A stretch of DNA of 61,380 nucleotides from Selaginella moellendorffii (GCF_000143415.4 NW_003314311.1:225629-287008); one strand, 5' to 3'. Counted from the first letter of the stretch, positions 1-13,315 are shown. Numbers and translations: made by a program. The notes: a model not told the origin generated them from the letters alone.

Positions 1-487
1 GACATTATAATTTTTTGCCCCCCCACATAAGTATGTTAAACATCTTTATCCATATTGACAATATGCTATTAATGGACTAAGATGCCTTAGTATACTTTGT
101 TTGGCCTTTACCGACACTTTTATTTCACAAAACGGTCTAGCAATTCCCTTTGTAACGGCCGATTGACAATTTTGTATCACAAACTTTAGCAGAGATCCTT
201 ATTTTCTTCTCGAAGTCCACGTACACTTGTGAATCTTCCTGGCAAATTGGTTGAAGGAAAAGTGAGAGAAAGCTAAAATTGTAGAGCTACTCACATATCT
301 AGAGCACTTTTTTCAGCACAAATGACAATGAACTCTTGATGAGCTAGATTCATGTGACAATCATTCTTCAAATTTACTTATGGATGGTAAATATAGTTAT
401 TATTAGTGATAAGTAAGAATATTAATAATTACTAGAAAACTAGAGTTAAAATCACAATTTTTAGATTAAAGAATATCCTAAAATATG
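1..487 (-). repeat. Decayed copia-LTR/5'-internal derived repeat (left arm of an inverted pair; runs off the window start)
   Basis: Reverse complement aligns with 858-1298 (gacattataat at 1-11 vs attataatgtc at 1288-1298) and with the PPT-preceded LTR at about 6920-7150. Confidence 0.75.
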
Positions 488-857
488 CCTGAATAATCTT
501 GGTATAGTCCTTATACCCTCTAGAAACAAAAATTGGTCATTAAATAAAATCTTATATACAATCTATTGTTCATTGTATAAAATAATTTAGTAAAAGCAAA
601 GTTGTAGATCTTAAAAAGGATCTAAAATCTAACTAGTGATATGTTATTTAACTGATTTTTCTCATTTATAAATAGAAATATAAATTATTGGGTAATTGGG
701 ATTATATATGCAATAAAATATAGGAAATTTAGCAAATCTTTTGTATATGAGTCCATTGAGGCTCTTAATTGTTTCCCAATCTTTCCTTGTCTGAAGAATC
801 AGAGCATTCCACTAATTCTTTTAATTGTGGTGCTAGTAACACGATGATGTGTGACCA

Positions 858-1456
858 CAATTTTAACTCTAGTTTTCTAGTAATTATTAGTATTCTTACA
901 TATCACTAATAATGACTATATTTACCATCTATAAGTAAATTTGAAGAAGGATTGTCACATGAATCTAGTTCATCAAGAGTTCATTGTCACTTGAGTTGAA
1001 AAATGTGCTCTAGATATGTGAGTAGCTCTACAATTTTAGCTTTCTCTCATTTTTCCTTCAGGAAGATTAACAATTGTACTTGGATTTTGAGAAAAAAAAT
1101 ATGGATTTGTGTTAAACTCTCTGATATAAAATTGTTAATCGACCATAACAAAAGGAATTGTAAGGCCCTGGAGTAAAATAAAAGGGTTGGAAAAGACCAA
1201 ACAAAGTATATTAAAGCATCTTGGTCCATTAATACATATTGTAAATATGGATAAAGTGTTTAACATACTTATGTATATGGGGCATAAATTATAATGTCTT
1301 GTAGACACCAAAGTGTTCTATTGCTAGAGTGCCATGGCACACTTGAATAATACACAAGTACATCTCACCATCAAGTATATACACCTGAGCATATCGATAA
1401 AGGAGATTATCCCAAAATTGAAGAAATCAATACTTGCTATATTAGGTTGGAGACAC
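858..1456 (+). repeat. Decayed copia-LTR/5'-internal derived repeat (right arm of the inverted pair)
   Basis: Colinear similarity to 6950-7170 and 7470-7840, with an internal deletion also seen in the 1-487 copy. Confidence 0.75.
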
Positions 1457-1472
1457 TTATAGAAATTGCCAA

Positions 1473-1662
1473 TTAGGTGGGTGAGGCAAGATGGGCAAGT
1501 GGACAAGACATGTGGGTGGGTGAGATGGATGAAGTGAGGAGCTTGGTGGGTGAGCAAGGAGCTACATGGGTGAAGTGGGTGAAGTGAGGAATGGTGGGCA
1601 TACATGTCTGCAAGGAATTGGGCAAGTCTGGTTTGCCGTTGAACCAGATTAGTTTGGCTACA
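1473..1662. repeat. G-rich dispersed repeat (GGGTGAG/GGGTGAAG sub-repeats) ending in GCTACA; second copy at 56265-56476
   Basis: Direct similarity, e.g. gggtgaagtgaggaatggtgggcatacatgt occurs in both copies. Confidence 0.8.
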
Positions 1663-1716
1663 GGCAAACGGGGTGCATGGGCAAGGAGATAGATGGTGTA
1701 GTGCACAGTTTTACCC

Positions 1717-1846
1717 NNNNNNNNNNNNNNNNNNNNNNNNNNNNNNNNNNNNNNNNNNNNNNNNNNNNNNNNNNNNNNNNNNNNNNNNNNNNNNNNNNNN
1801 NNNNNNNNNNNNNNNNNNNNNNNNNNNNNNNNNNNNNNNNNNNNNN
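1717..1846. other. Assembly gap (130 N)
   Basis: Run of N. Confidence 0.99.
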
Positions 1847-2722
1847 CAAGCATATAACCAAAAAGCAAAAGGATAAAAGCACAGAGGGATATAAGAATAG
1901 TCTTAGAGTATATAACAACCCAATGTTAAGACTAATATATAAAATAGAGCCAAATGATGGAGTCTTCAGCATACCAATAGCCTAACACAACAATATAGGT
2001 ATTCCACAAATTAGTATAGGCTTAGACCCAAACCAAATGTAGACTAAGGATAGACATGCCCAACAAGGAACTAAACTATGTCTTAGATTAGTCAGCTATA
2101 CTTGACCTACCCACTATCCCTTCTTACATTTAATGACCGATGTTAAGTCTAGTTTACTAATAATTGAACTAAGTATTTCAATTAAGTTATCATCCGATAA
2201 AACTAGTATAGTATAAGTCTTTAGCAATATAAGGTGCAAATACACACCTCAAGCTTTGTATATGTTATACATTTTATGCATCTAAATGCCAATGTCGTAG
2301 AAACCACCAAGATCATAGTTTAAAGATATAGAATATATCATTTAAGAAAATTCAATAGCAAGTATATAATTAATAAAACTTAAAGAAAATACTTAATGAC
2401 TAAATATTGTAGATAGTATGCTAAGTACAAAAAGGACACAAGTATCATTAATGGAAAACATCCTAATCTATTAGAACCAACAGTAGTAATAATCATTATA
2501 ACATAATGAATATTGCAAGGGTCAAAAAACACCTATATATGCTAATTATTATACTAGCCAGTTTGAATAAATCTCAGTCAATAATATAAAAAAACCTTGA
2601 GTTACATAAGCAAGTGTTAGCAACATTCTATTGATTTTTCAAACTCAAAAGACCAATCTAAATTAAACCACGAAAAACATATGGCAATACAGAAAGCTAG
2701 AAGCTATCAAGATAACAATTAA

Positions 2723-2822
2723 NNNNNNNNNNNNNNNNNNNNNNNNNNNNNNNNNNNNNNNNNNNNNNNNNNNNNNNNNNNNNNNNNNNNNNNNNNNNNN
2801 NNNNNNNNNNNNNNNNNNNNNN
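2723..2822. other. Assembly gap (100 N)
   Basis: Run of N. Confidence 0.99.
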
Positions 2823-3899
2823 CAATGAATAATGAGTATAAGAACTCAAGGACCAAGAGCTTAAAAAAATTTATAGCTAAGTCTCATATCATAATAATCA
2901 TGAGTCTTGCATCAACTAATTTCAATGTTAAAGAAGAATTCATAATGCAACCTATAATATTCTTCTTGATACATCCATAAGCTAAATTTCATAATGCAAA
3001 AGCTAATAAAGTATTTGCATCAATCCAAAAGTTAAGCATGACAAAATTATACTTAATAAGTGATCTCCAAACCGATCCTTTATAAATTCATCTTTTATAA
3101 CAAACATAACTCAGTTTATAATAAAATTCATCAATGATCCATGTAATCATAGAACAAGACAAACATGCATAGTAGGGAGCCAAAGTTTGTCTCAAGTTGG
3201 TCAGCTATATAATTTATTAACTATCCCCTACTATACATTTGAAACCCCTTACAATAACCAAACCAACCCCCCCCCCCCCCCCCCCCCCAAATCCTAACTC
3301 AAAACCCAATAAAGAATTAAAATTCTAATTGATCATTATATCTTTCTTTTGCAAGTCCATAATTAAATCACTTTTCAAAGAAAAGCTTAACCGCAACCCT
3401 TACTAAAAAAATTTCTAATTCAACCTGCCACTCAATTTATTTGAATGCCAATACAATTGTTAATTAGCTATAGCACACAAATGCCAATAACACAAATATA
3501 TGGCCAAACTATCAATAACATCTTCATCAAAACTAGCTAAATAAAATGTGAATCTATAATGAATTGAACTAATAACCAACCATCTAAATCACTATAAATA
3601 AAAAAATTTAATTGTTGTAGCGTCTAACTAAATACAAAGTGTAATTTACCACTATGCATAATGCTATAAAAAAAAGGTATAAGAGTCATCTTTCTAAAAA
3701 AGCATAATGACCACTTTTTTACTCTAACTCTAGCCTCTATTTAATTATTTTAGCCCCAAAAGTTAGCACCCTTTTTAGGTTGCATCATACAAAATACTCA
3801 CTAAAATCTAAGCTAACTAAAGTCAACTTTTTCTTCACTAGTTTATAATGGTTTTCAGGCAAAATGATTAATAGATTAATAATTCAAAATCCTTCCAGA

Positions 3900-4900
3900 C
3901 CATGACAGTCGTTGGTCACTTTTTGACTCCATTTGCAAATGTGAAGTGCATCTTGTTGGTGTTGCTCGCACCTAGGACCACAGCAATTGCATTAAAACTT
4001 AGGGGTGAAAACAAAGAAAGAAAGAACAGCTCGCTTACCAGATTGATTTCAGCCAGTTCCAGGGAATTTTTCTTGCGGGGAAGAAGAGAAACTGTACACA
4101 CGCGGCCGTCACTGTCGCTTGAGTTTGTACTTCTCAATCATTTGCCACTCACCTTGTCACTTTGCTGAGGAAAACAATATTCGCGAATCAGCCATGCAGA
4201 TTATATTACTAAAATCCCTGAAAAGCGCGGAAGAACCCTAAGGCGATGCGCTTTCTCGATACTGTGGAGCTCAAGAAGCATGTGGCGGCTCTCGAGTTCC
4301 ATACTGATGTAATCCGAAAACTGCTGCGCCAAGAACTTCCTGACTTGGAGGCACTTGTTTCTTTTTCCGCCGAATGTTGATTGAATCAAGGTGAATTTTC
4401 CCCAGCTTTCTCTGTGGGCTTGAAGACTTGGGGATCGAGCGGAAGAAGCTGCTGGCGAGAGGGGATGCGCTGGGAAACGCCCGTGAACCCTAATCCTTGT
4501 CAAGCAACAAGACAGACACTGTTTCGAAGACCAAAAAAACGAGCGGAATGCTTCTTCGTTTTTTGTTTCGGAGGGGTTCTCCTCAAAGAGGAAATCCCCA
4601 AAAGAGGGCTGGGTAGCTGGTCTTCGATCCTGCTTGTTAGTAGTTTCACACAATCGAAAATCCTACATCTAAGTGTGGGGCAGCCGGGGGCTTCGATTCC
4701 CCGACTTCCTCTCGCTTTGGCCGCCTCAACGTACTGTACAAAACAGTAGCGACAGCCCAAAACGAATACTGAGTAGCCACGTTGAGAATGGGCACCCCAC
4801 CGGTGTGCATTTTGATGGTTAGAGAAAAAAAAAACGCCTCCTCCCAGCGCCGCCGCCAACAGCGAAACCCAGCCCCCTCAAGACTTACCCTAAACACTAG
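3900..4900. pseudogene. CpG-rich, gene-like segment of unidentified origin (probable gene fragments)
   Basis: Genic base composition and short protein-like frames (MRFLDTVELKKHVAALEFHTDVIRKLLRQELPDLEAL at about 4246-4360); no complete gene model could be built. Confidence 0.3.
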
Positions 4901-4993
4901 CCTTTAGATATATTTCTACAGCGTCTCAAATTAAATCCGACGGCTATGAATTGTTTAGATCTAAGCTACTGAAGCATTATGCAAAATGCATGG

Positions 4994-6011
4994 TTAAATA
5001 AAGAAACTCATTAAAGTAAATGTGATAATAACTATTAACTCATAAAGGCTGGAGCAAAGTCTAATAGTGATTAATTTCTAGTTTAAAGCGGAAATAACCA
5101 AACAAGATCTTAATGTCTACTTTTTTTACTTTTAATTTTTTTTTAAACTTTTTAATTTCACCTAAACCACCATCTATTAAATTATATTTGAAGTTTTCAG
5201 AGACGTTGCAATTACTCTCGTATGCCTGTTGCCAAGACCCTCGTCGTGCAAAGTAGCTATACCCATGGCAGATACCTCTTCCCATTTTAGCAAAACAGTG
5301 CCTGTTTCAGGAATCCGATGCGGTTGGACTTTTTGTAGTCACAACAGCATGCTTGTCCTTCTCATTTTTGACATGTTGCAGTCGTTGCATCAATCGAACA
5401 CACTCCAACGAGTTCCATGATGGCATCCTGCAATTTAAGCTTGTCGAAATGGCGTGCTCATTCCAGGCAATGCAAGGTGCATATCTTTCCACCGAAAGAA
5501 GCCAGAAGAATGGGAAAGTGAAATCATTTTCAGTAACTCCAACCCCAGGCCACCTCATCGTCAGGAGTGTTTCCAGACGTTTGCAAGCTTGTCCGATGCT
5601 CAAAAGCCTTGCCTTGAGTGCACCTCTCGATCAGCTGTGCAACCGAGTAGAGAGACTCCCGGAACGAACAATGCTTCTTGCCACTTTGAGGCATTTCTCG
5701 AGATTGAAAAGTAATTTGAGAAGCTTGAGTGATCCTTGGTCGTTCTCCAATTCTAGAGAGCTCTTTCTCCCAAGCAATCGCCTGAGTTTTCAGATACATG
5801 GGAAACAAATGGGTTGGCACTTGCCAGAAAAGAAACAACTTCTGGAATTGCCTCCAAGTCAGGAGATTCTTGGCGCAGCAGCTTTCAGATTGCATTGCCC
5901 CACAGTCAAAAGAAGATCTAGGATTTAGTAGAATAGAAGCCCTATCCTAGCCTTCAAATGCAGAAATGGTGTGAACTTTTTTCTTCCTTGCTCCCATGTA
6001 GACTTGCGGAT
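4994..6011. repeat. Near-identical inverted segmental duplication (partner 60364-61380)
   Basis: Mirror ORFs 5353..5928/60447..61022 and 5229..5420/60955..61146; about 4 substitutions and one 1-bp indel seen by eye. Confidence 0.97.
5405..5603 (-). pseudogene. PLS-class PPR gene remnant
   Basis: Frameshifted motifs MRWPGVGVTENDFTFP and ARHFDKLKLQDAI/SWNSL resemble PPR consensus GV.PN..TF and FD.M..RD..SWN. Confidence 0.45.
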
Positions 6012-7840
6012 CCATCTTATTAGCATTCATGTATGCTTGTTGGATGCCAAGGTGGTTTCTTAATGAATGGTTGCCTAGGGCAGCCTGATATGATAGGATC
6101 TATCAAATCTTTAGCATCAACCCTATGTTTTGTTAAGAAGATCATGGTAGGAAACAAGAGTAGGTATATAAATACTTTCATAGGCTTTGCTTTAAAGCTA
6201 TAAGATTAGGACAAGTCAAAGTAGTTCTATTTATCATGGGTTGGGTACATTGATTTGCTACATATGTGAGTGACTATTGGTGGGCTTGTTAAAAGCTTGT
6301 AAGAAATCACTAGCTTGTTTGTTAAAACTTTTCTTTCATTTTGGTAAGAATTCTTTCCACACTCTCAATCTTGAAACCAGTCTCAAATAACTCTCTCAAA
6401 AAGCTCCAGTTACAGCTTTTTTTTTCTTTTGCTTTTCTCTCATCTTGTTGTCCTTCTAGAGGGCAGAAGGCTTACTTCAAAAAGGGTTCCCTTGTTTAAT
6501 GATCATTGTGTATGTGTCTTTAGAAAGGACCAATTAAGTGCAGCAAGGACTAGCTATCTCTTCGATTTGTATGTGTCAATATTGTTTGATTTGTAGCTTG
6601 TAAGTATTGGATTGCTTTGCAGTATTCAGAAGCAAATGTCGTCACACCTCAAAAGCAAGTGTGCAATGTTACTAACAGCACAATTAAAGGAATTAGTGGA
6701 ATGCTTTGATTCCTCATACAAGGAAGATATTTCCAAAGATCAGGATACCATTAAGAACCTTGACAGATTCATTTGAAAAATATTTGCTAAAAATTCTAAT
6801 GTGGATTAGCTTTGCTTTTATTTTATACAGTGAATGGACAAAGAAATGGTCCAAATTTTTTTCAATGCTCAATTTTTAGGAGGGGAGGGTGTGTAAGGAA
6901 TATGCTAAGATTATTAATACATATTTTAGGATATTCTTTAATCTAACGGTTTTGATTTTCTCTCTAATTTGTTAGTATTAATTAATATTCTTACTCATCA
7001 CTAATATAAATCATATTTACCATCCATGAGTAAATTTAAAGAAGGATTATCACATAAATCTAGTTCATCAAGAATTGAGCTAAAAAATATTCTCTAGGTG
7101 TATGAGCAGCTCTATAGTTTTAGCTTTTTCTTACTTCTCCTTCAACCAATTTAATAGGAAAATCAGAAATTACACCTAGATTTTGGCCTGTACTTTCTAG
7201 TATCTTGCTTAATGCTTATAACATGGTCTTTAGACAACACTCTTTACACATGCAATTCTTGGGCAAAGAATCTAAACAATCTCAATAAGAATTATATAAT
7301 ATTTTTGGCCACTAGAGTTTTGTTTAGAGTTTTTGTTGAAAAAGCACTTGTGTCTATGAGTAATACATAATGTCAGAAGCTCATTGTCAAAAGGAGAGAG
7401 ACAACAGAACTACTAATAAAATACTATAACAATAAAGAAAAAAAAGATCAATTTGTGTTTAGAGTATAAGGTCATTAATCGACCACAACAAAAATAGTTT
7501 TAAATCCTTGAGAAGGTGAAAGGTTGGTATGAAAATTTATATAGATAGATTTCCAAGATTTTAGAACAAGCAATAAAACATATCAAAGCATTTTAGTCCA
7601 TTGATTTATATTGTAAATATGTTCAACATACTTATGTATATGAGGCCACCAAGACTAGTTTTGGATACATTCCACTATTTTGCAGACAAAAGTATTATGT
7701 TGCTAGGGTGTTATGGCATGTTTGGATGAAACACAACTATATTTTGCCATCAAGTATATTCATATGAGCATGTCTATGAAAGAGCATATCTTAAAATTTA
7801 AAAAACTAACAATCATCATATTGGGCTAAAGAAACACCAA
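6012..7840 (+). mobile_element. Highly decayed Ty1/copia remnant: RT/RNaseH, PPT, LTR (about 6890-7223), PBS-like site, gag-like start
   Basis: Degenerate DAKVV(A)FL and LL.YV.D RT motifs, a T.KNL.D.F RNaseH-end motif, PPT aggaggggaggg followed by TG at about 6890, and taACA followed by tggtctttagac at about 7224. Confidence 0.55.
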
Positions 7841-9074
7841 AAGAAATTTATTGTCTACTTTTCTAAATAAATGAATATATGGCCTAGGCTACTTCAATTT
7901 ATGACTTGAAAAAATTATTAAGAGGATCAAAAAATTATGCAAAGCAGTTGATTTGAAAGTAAAAAGAATCAAGGAAAGTTTAATGCTAAAGGTCACATAT
8001 AAGATCTTTAAGTAACTATATTGAATAAGAGTATTAGCTTTTTCATTTGCTTTCTTTAAATTATGTACAATCATAAACAAAAAATGGGATAATGATTATG
8101 ATGACTGAGCATGATAGCAATTAAGAATATATACCAAAGTCTAATACTAAAGGTTGTTGTGATAAATGGTCATGTAGGATGAATTTTCAAAGAAATAACA
8201 CCAACTTTTAAAAGGGTTTACAATTGTAAGCAACTCTTTATTAAATATGTTATAATTGATTTTTGTAATGTTGAGAGTAAGTGAAGCTCACTTTTTGGTC
8301 CATTCTACAACAAGATAACGCTTAAAACAAAATTTGAAGCATTAATATGAGTAAAATTTAACTTCATGTTATCCAAATAGATGAAACTAGAGCTACAGTA
8401 AATATAAATTTTAGAAAATCAAAAAAGGGTTAGTCAACATAAAACCACATAAAAGGGGCATCTTTTATAGCAAGCCATATAAAAGGGAAATGAAATGCTG
8501 ATAAAAACTTATTGGATATCATAAATAAAAATTGGGTGTTGCCACTCAAAAATAGTGGAAACGTTGGTAGGATTCATAATGATACTACATGTGGAAATAA
8601 TATAACCTAAGAACTCCACTGAATCTTGATTTAAATAAATATTTCTCCAACTTTGCAAAAAAAGTTGTGTTATCAAAGACACTAGAGCACCACTGGAAAT
8701 ATGATAGTGGTGCTCTTCTTAAGTTCCAAAGAAAATAAAAATGTCATTAAAATAAATAACAATAAAAAGATCATGAAAAATATTATTTGCCATATATTAG
8801 AAAATAACAAGTGTGCTGATCATACCAAAAAGCATCACTATATACTCAAACATGTGTGTGTGTATAAAGATCCACTTGCGCCTTACTGGGAGGATCACAT
8901 CCTTGGCATATCCCTAAATGCTACTTCGGCTGAAGAAGATACTACAAGGCACAGCCGTGTAAAGTACAAGATTGATAGAAATTCTTTGAAAAAATTTACT
9001 TAAAAACCATCTTGCCCTCTGCATGAACTTGTCAAAGCAGCCTTAGAATTAGAAGAAAACTTTCTGGAATGAAG

Positions 9075-9190
9075 ATTAACACTAAAATATAGAACTGAAA
9101 CCAATGTTGGAAAAGCAAGAAAGATAAAGCAAGGGTTACCTGAGACTTATTTATTTGATAGAAAGTCGACAAAGAATTAATTTACAATTA
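9075..9190. repeat. About 115-bp dispersed direct repeat (second copy 59303-59418)
   Basis: attaacactaaaatatagaact...ccaatgttggaaaag...tttgatagaaagtcgac is shared by both copies. Confidence 0.85.
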
Positions 9191-9582
9191 GAAAAGATAC
9201 TACCAAGGAATCTCCAGTTCTTGTAGTGAAGCCAGGACTGTAGTAAATGAAATTAAAGTTTCAATTTGAAAAAAGATGAGAAAATATGGATTTATTTTTA
9301 TTAATATTTTTGGCAAATATTTTCCGATATTGAAGCACCAATTTTTCAATGTTTGTTTGCTTGATAGTTAATCTTTAATCTGGGATTTAGGGTTTCTTGC
9401 TGTAATTTAGGGTTTGGGGCTATGGCTGAACTTCAGCGCAAGAGCTCCGCGCGTCGGGAAAGCAGCGTCTCCTGATCCATCAATCGAGGGAGCTATCAGC
9501 ACGCAGCGATCGGTTGGTGAATCGGGTAAGAAAGAGCCATTTGAGCTGGCTGCAAATCCATCGCATCGTCTCGCAGGTCACG

Positions 9583-12379
9583 ATGCGAAAGAGGGACTTG
9601 GGAATTCTGATTATCTCCGCGTTCGCCATTTTTTTCTCCCTCCAGGTAAGAGAGAATGTGGTCGTTTTGATCGTTTTTCTTTGAATTCCTTGCTCTTGTT
9701 CCAGAACGAAGGGAACTTCTCGTTCAAAGAATCGTGGTTCCATGTCGTCGACGAAGCGTATCCCATCAAGCACGAAGCCGAGCGCTTGCCGCCCCCTCTT
9801 GTCACTGATCTAAACGCCGACGGTCGCAACGAAGTTATCGTCGCAACTCACGACTCCAAGTTACTGGTAAGGAAAAACTCGTCTATACGCTCGCGTGGTC
9901 AGCTCTCTCTTTTTCTCTCATTCTCCAGGTACTGGATCCTCACTCGAAACTCAATGAAGATGGATTCAGCGAGGCACGAACCGTTACTGAAGTTTCTCTT
10001 CTTCCCGAGAAAGTTAGAATATCGGCTGGGAGGAGACCTGTGGCCATGGCCGCCGGAGTCATTCAGCGATCTTATAACGAAGGAAAGCCCAGGAAGCAAG
10101 TTCTGGTGGTAGTCACGGCGGGCTGGGTGATTATGTGCTTCGATCACAACTTGAAAAAGCTCTGGGAATCGAGTGTACAGGTATTGTCTTTGCTCGCTTG
10201 ATGCCTAGTCGTGGATGGCTGCTGATTACTTTCCTCCAGGATGACTTTCCTCACGGAGCTTTTCACAAGGAAGTGAGCATTTCTATCAGTAATTTCACCT
10301 TGCGGCATGGAGACACGGGCCTTATAATCGTGGGAGGCAGCATGGAGGCTCAGTCTCAGGTATTCTTTTTCCGTGCTATTTCTTTTCTCCGCTAATCACC
10401 ATTTTGATTTCTTTTCTAGGTGTATTTGGATCCATTCGAGGAGGAGCTCCTAGCAGAAAAGGAAGAAGAGCGTCACCGGCATGCTGCAGATGCCAAAGAA
10501 GTAAGTAGACGTTCTTTCACTCGAAAGAGATGCAACTCGGAAGTTTGTTTCTCTTTTCCCATAGGGTTCCGAGGATGTTAATGCGGGAAAGACTCACCAT
10601 TTTTCATACTATGCTTTTGCTGGTATGACTGGGGAGCGTAGATGGGAGCACAAGAGTGCGGTGAGTCTTGCAAAAACTGTTTTCAATGTAAAGGTACTGA
10701 GCCAAGGCAGTGCAGGATTTTCATCGAGACCTCTCTTCCGCAGCTGAACTCACACCCCAGCACAATTACAGGCTAGATGCTGCTTCCCTTCAAGGCCGTC
10801 AGCTCGACGAGGTGCATTAGCGATTAGTATTGAGTTTTAGCTTCCTACTTATGGCTGTTGACAGGTTCATTGCAGGGACTATCGCCAGTCCATACTTCAA
10901 GTTTTGCCACATCGCTGGGTAAGCCACCGTTTATATTTTCCTTCTGTGAATGTTACCTGACTGCTATCCTTTTCGTAGCAAAGCAGAGATGATACTCGGT
11001 TCCAGCTAGTGCACTTTGTAAAGCACGAAAGGAAGCACCACAAGAAACAACCGGGTTCTAATAGAGAAAGGTATCCTCTCAAGCGTCCTAATGATCCGCA
11101 TGTTCCTGGTAAAGACCCTTCGAACAAAGTCGCTCAAGCGCTGGGAAAGGCTGCGAAGCTCGCCACTTCAGCCCGGCCAAAAACGGTACGACGAGCCGTC
11201 ATGGTTTCGAAGTAAGCAACTTTCGGTTCTTACTGCTTGCAGAGATACGCATACATCCCAGTGATTACCAATCAATCCTCATACTGGTGGCTGCCAAACG
11301 TTGTTGTGGCGCATTTGAAGGAAGGCATTGAAGCGGTGCATCTTGCGAGCGGTCGAACTGTTTGCAAGGTAACCGGTTTTCTTGCTTTTCTTCTTTTCGT
11401 TTGTGTTTGAGCGTCACTTCTATGCAGCTATGGCTTCAAGAAGGAGGATTGCACGCTGATATAAACGGCGATGGAGTTTTGGACCACGTCCAGGTGAGAG
11501 CTACGTCCAATGCGTTTTCTAAAGTTTGGATCTTTCAGGCAGTAGGAGGCAGCGGGACTCACGTAGCTCCAGGCACCATGGAGGCGATCAAGCCTTGCTG
11601 GGCCGTGGCCTCGTCTGGAACCTTAGTGCGCCAGCAGCTTTTCAATGGCTCCATATGTAGAAACTCGGGCTATGGAGCCTTCCAACAAGGCGAGTTCATG
11701 TCGAGAACGTTTGGACGGAACTTGGACGCCTCCCCCATCGAAGTTGTTCCTCCCGTCTTCTTTCTCAGGCCCACTGGCTATGGCGACGTGATCTTCCTCA
11801 CCAGCCGTGGCGAGGTACGTGTTCTTGTCTTGCAAGCTTCTAGTTCTAGTTCTAAGTTCTTGCAAGTTCTTAAGTTCCAAGTTCTTGTAAGTTCTTGTTC
11901 TAAGTTCTTGTGCATTGCAGGTAACCTCTTACACTCCAGCCGGTAATCAACGCTGGCAGATCGTCACGGGAGCTATATGGTCGAGCAAGCCAATGCTGTC
12001 GAGCTTCGGCGTGGATCGAGCTGTTCCAACGCTCGAGGTGATGGCGCTGCGAAAGAATGGCCGCGGAGAAGTTATCCTCGCGGCTGGCGAGCAGGAGGCA
12101 GTGCTTATATCCTCGTCCGGCCACCAGATCGCAACTCTAGCGCTTCCTTCGCCACCAGCGCGTCCGATCGTGGTGGCGGACTTTTCCGGCGATGGATTCA
12201 ACGACGTGATTGTGGTGACGGCGTCCGGGATCTATGGCTTCGTCCAGACGCAGCACCAAGGCGCGGTGTTCTTCAGCTTCCTGGTGGGCTGCTTGATCAT
12301 TGCGATGTGTGTGATCTTTGTAATGCAGCATCTGCAAGCTCCCAAGGGAAAGCCCAAGAAGAAGAGCACGGACTTGTAA
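9583..12379 (+). CDS. NERD1: FG-GAP repeat membrane protein, NERD1/At3g51050-like (multi-exon)
   Basis: Spliced product begins MRKRDLGILIISAFAIFFSLQ-NEGNFSFKESWF...ERLPPP. It has DLNADG, DINGDG and DFSGDG FG-GAP motifs, a C-terminal TM helix plus basic tail, and GT-AG introns. Confidence 0.9.
11821..11910 (+). repeat. Intronic degenerate (AAGTTCT)n tandem repeat
   Basis: Repeated gttct/aagttct units in the last intron. Confidence 0.8.
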
Positions 12380-12543
12380 AGAAGTTTTGAGAAACTGTGA
12401 GTCCATCTTGGAAGATTGAGCAAATATCTATGTACGAGGCTTGTATCTATGATTTTTCTCTCCTTTTTAGCTATGGTTTCGCACTCTATCTAGCCAGCAA
12501 GAAGAAAGCAAATGCTTACCAAAGTAGAGAAAACTCAACTTCT

Positions 12544-13157
12544 CTACTGCATTGTTTCCTCTTCGTCCTCTCCATCGCCCTCTCTAAAAGCCTTTTGTGC
12601 TTTGTCCTTGTTCTTGGTGGTGGAAGTTTTCCTTTTGCTAGTTGAGGTACTGCTCTTCTTTGGCATAGATTTTCTCCCTGCCTTGTAGCCTGGAAGATCC
12701 ATAAAGAGGTGAGAGGGGGCTGAGAAAAGTCTAGAAAACGATGGCTTGATTGGAGAATCGTGAAAACAAAGGCCAGGAAAGAGAAGAAAAGAACCTTCTA
12801 AAGAGGCTCGCAGTGGCTCCACAAACTCTCCAAACTCCAAATCGTCCAGCGCGCGTAGCACATCGTCGGCATTGATGGTCTGGCGCTTGGTTTCCCGGCA
12901 AATATCGTTGGCACTGGACAAAGAAAATCGATCAACTAAGAGAGAGAGAGAGAGAGCGATAGATTTCTCCCCTACGTTGCGGACAAGTAATGGATGAAAA
13001 TCCTGGTGCTCTCCGCAAACGCCTGAAACGCCTCCTTCTGGACCGGAATGTCGCGCTCCTGCCCTAACTGCGACCTGGCGAGCTCCGCGAGCTTGGCCTT
13101 GACAATCCGCTTGATATTCGCGCGCGGCAGCTCCTCGCTCTCCGGCGGCACGACCAT
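12544..13157 (-). CDS. DPB4: Histone-fold protein DPB4/POLE3 (NF-YB11-like), 3 exons
   Basis: MVVPPESEELPRANIKRIVKAKL...FAESTRIFIHYLSAT-ANDICRETKRQTINADDVLRAL...EFVEPL; basic then acidic tail. Confidence 0.88.
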
Positions 13158-13169
13158 GGCTCTCCCAAC

Positions 13170-13315
13170 AACCCTAAAATCTGCCCCAAAACTCGAGCGG
13201 GAAAACTCCCTCTGCCCTAATTTGCACGCGTGGCGGTGACGCGATCTGCCAACGTGGCGTGACGTCAACCAGATATTCTCCTTCTTTTGAATTTAAAACC
13301 CTTGTGGGCGCCAAA
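13170..13315 (-). promoter_or_regulatory. E2F sites and telo-box upstream of DPB4
   Basis: TTTCCCGC (reverse complement of 13197-13204), TTTGGCGC (reverse complement of 13308-13315) and AACCCTAA at 13170-13177; fits a replication gene. Confidence 0.55.

Larger units (their letters stand above)
1697..3288 (-). mobile_element. Old, internally deleted copy of LTR family 1 (LTR piece, internal piece, LTR piece)
   Basis: 1697 TGTAGTGCAC is the reverse-complement LTR end. 1847-2130 and 3150-3288 match the family-1 LTR in reverse. 2300-3140 matches the reverse complement of about 29040-30010. Confidence 0.75.

Noticed and set aside
5353-5928. 191-aa ORF (and its mirror 60447..61022)
   Set aside because: Antisense to a PPR-like remnant; retention in both copies reflects recent duplication, not selection
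8150-8800. Possible hAT transposase remnant
   Set aside because: Only faint motif resemblance in AT-rich, stop-riddled sequence; no TIR or TSD found
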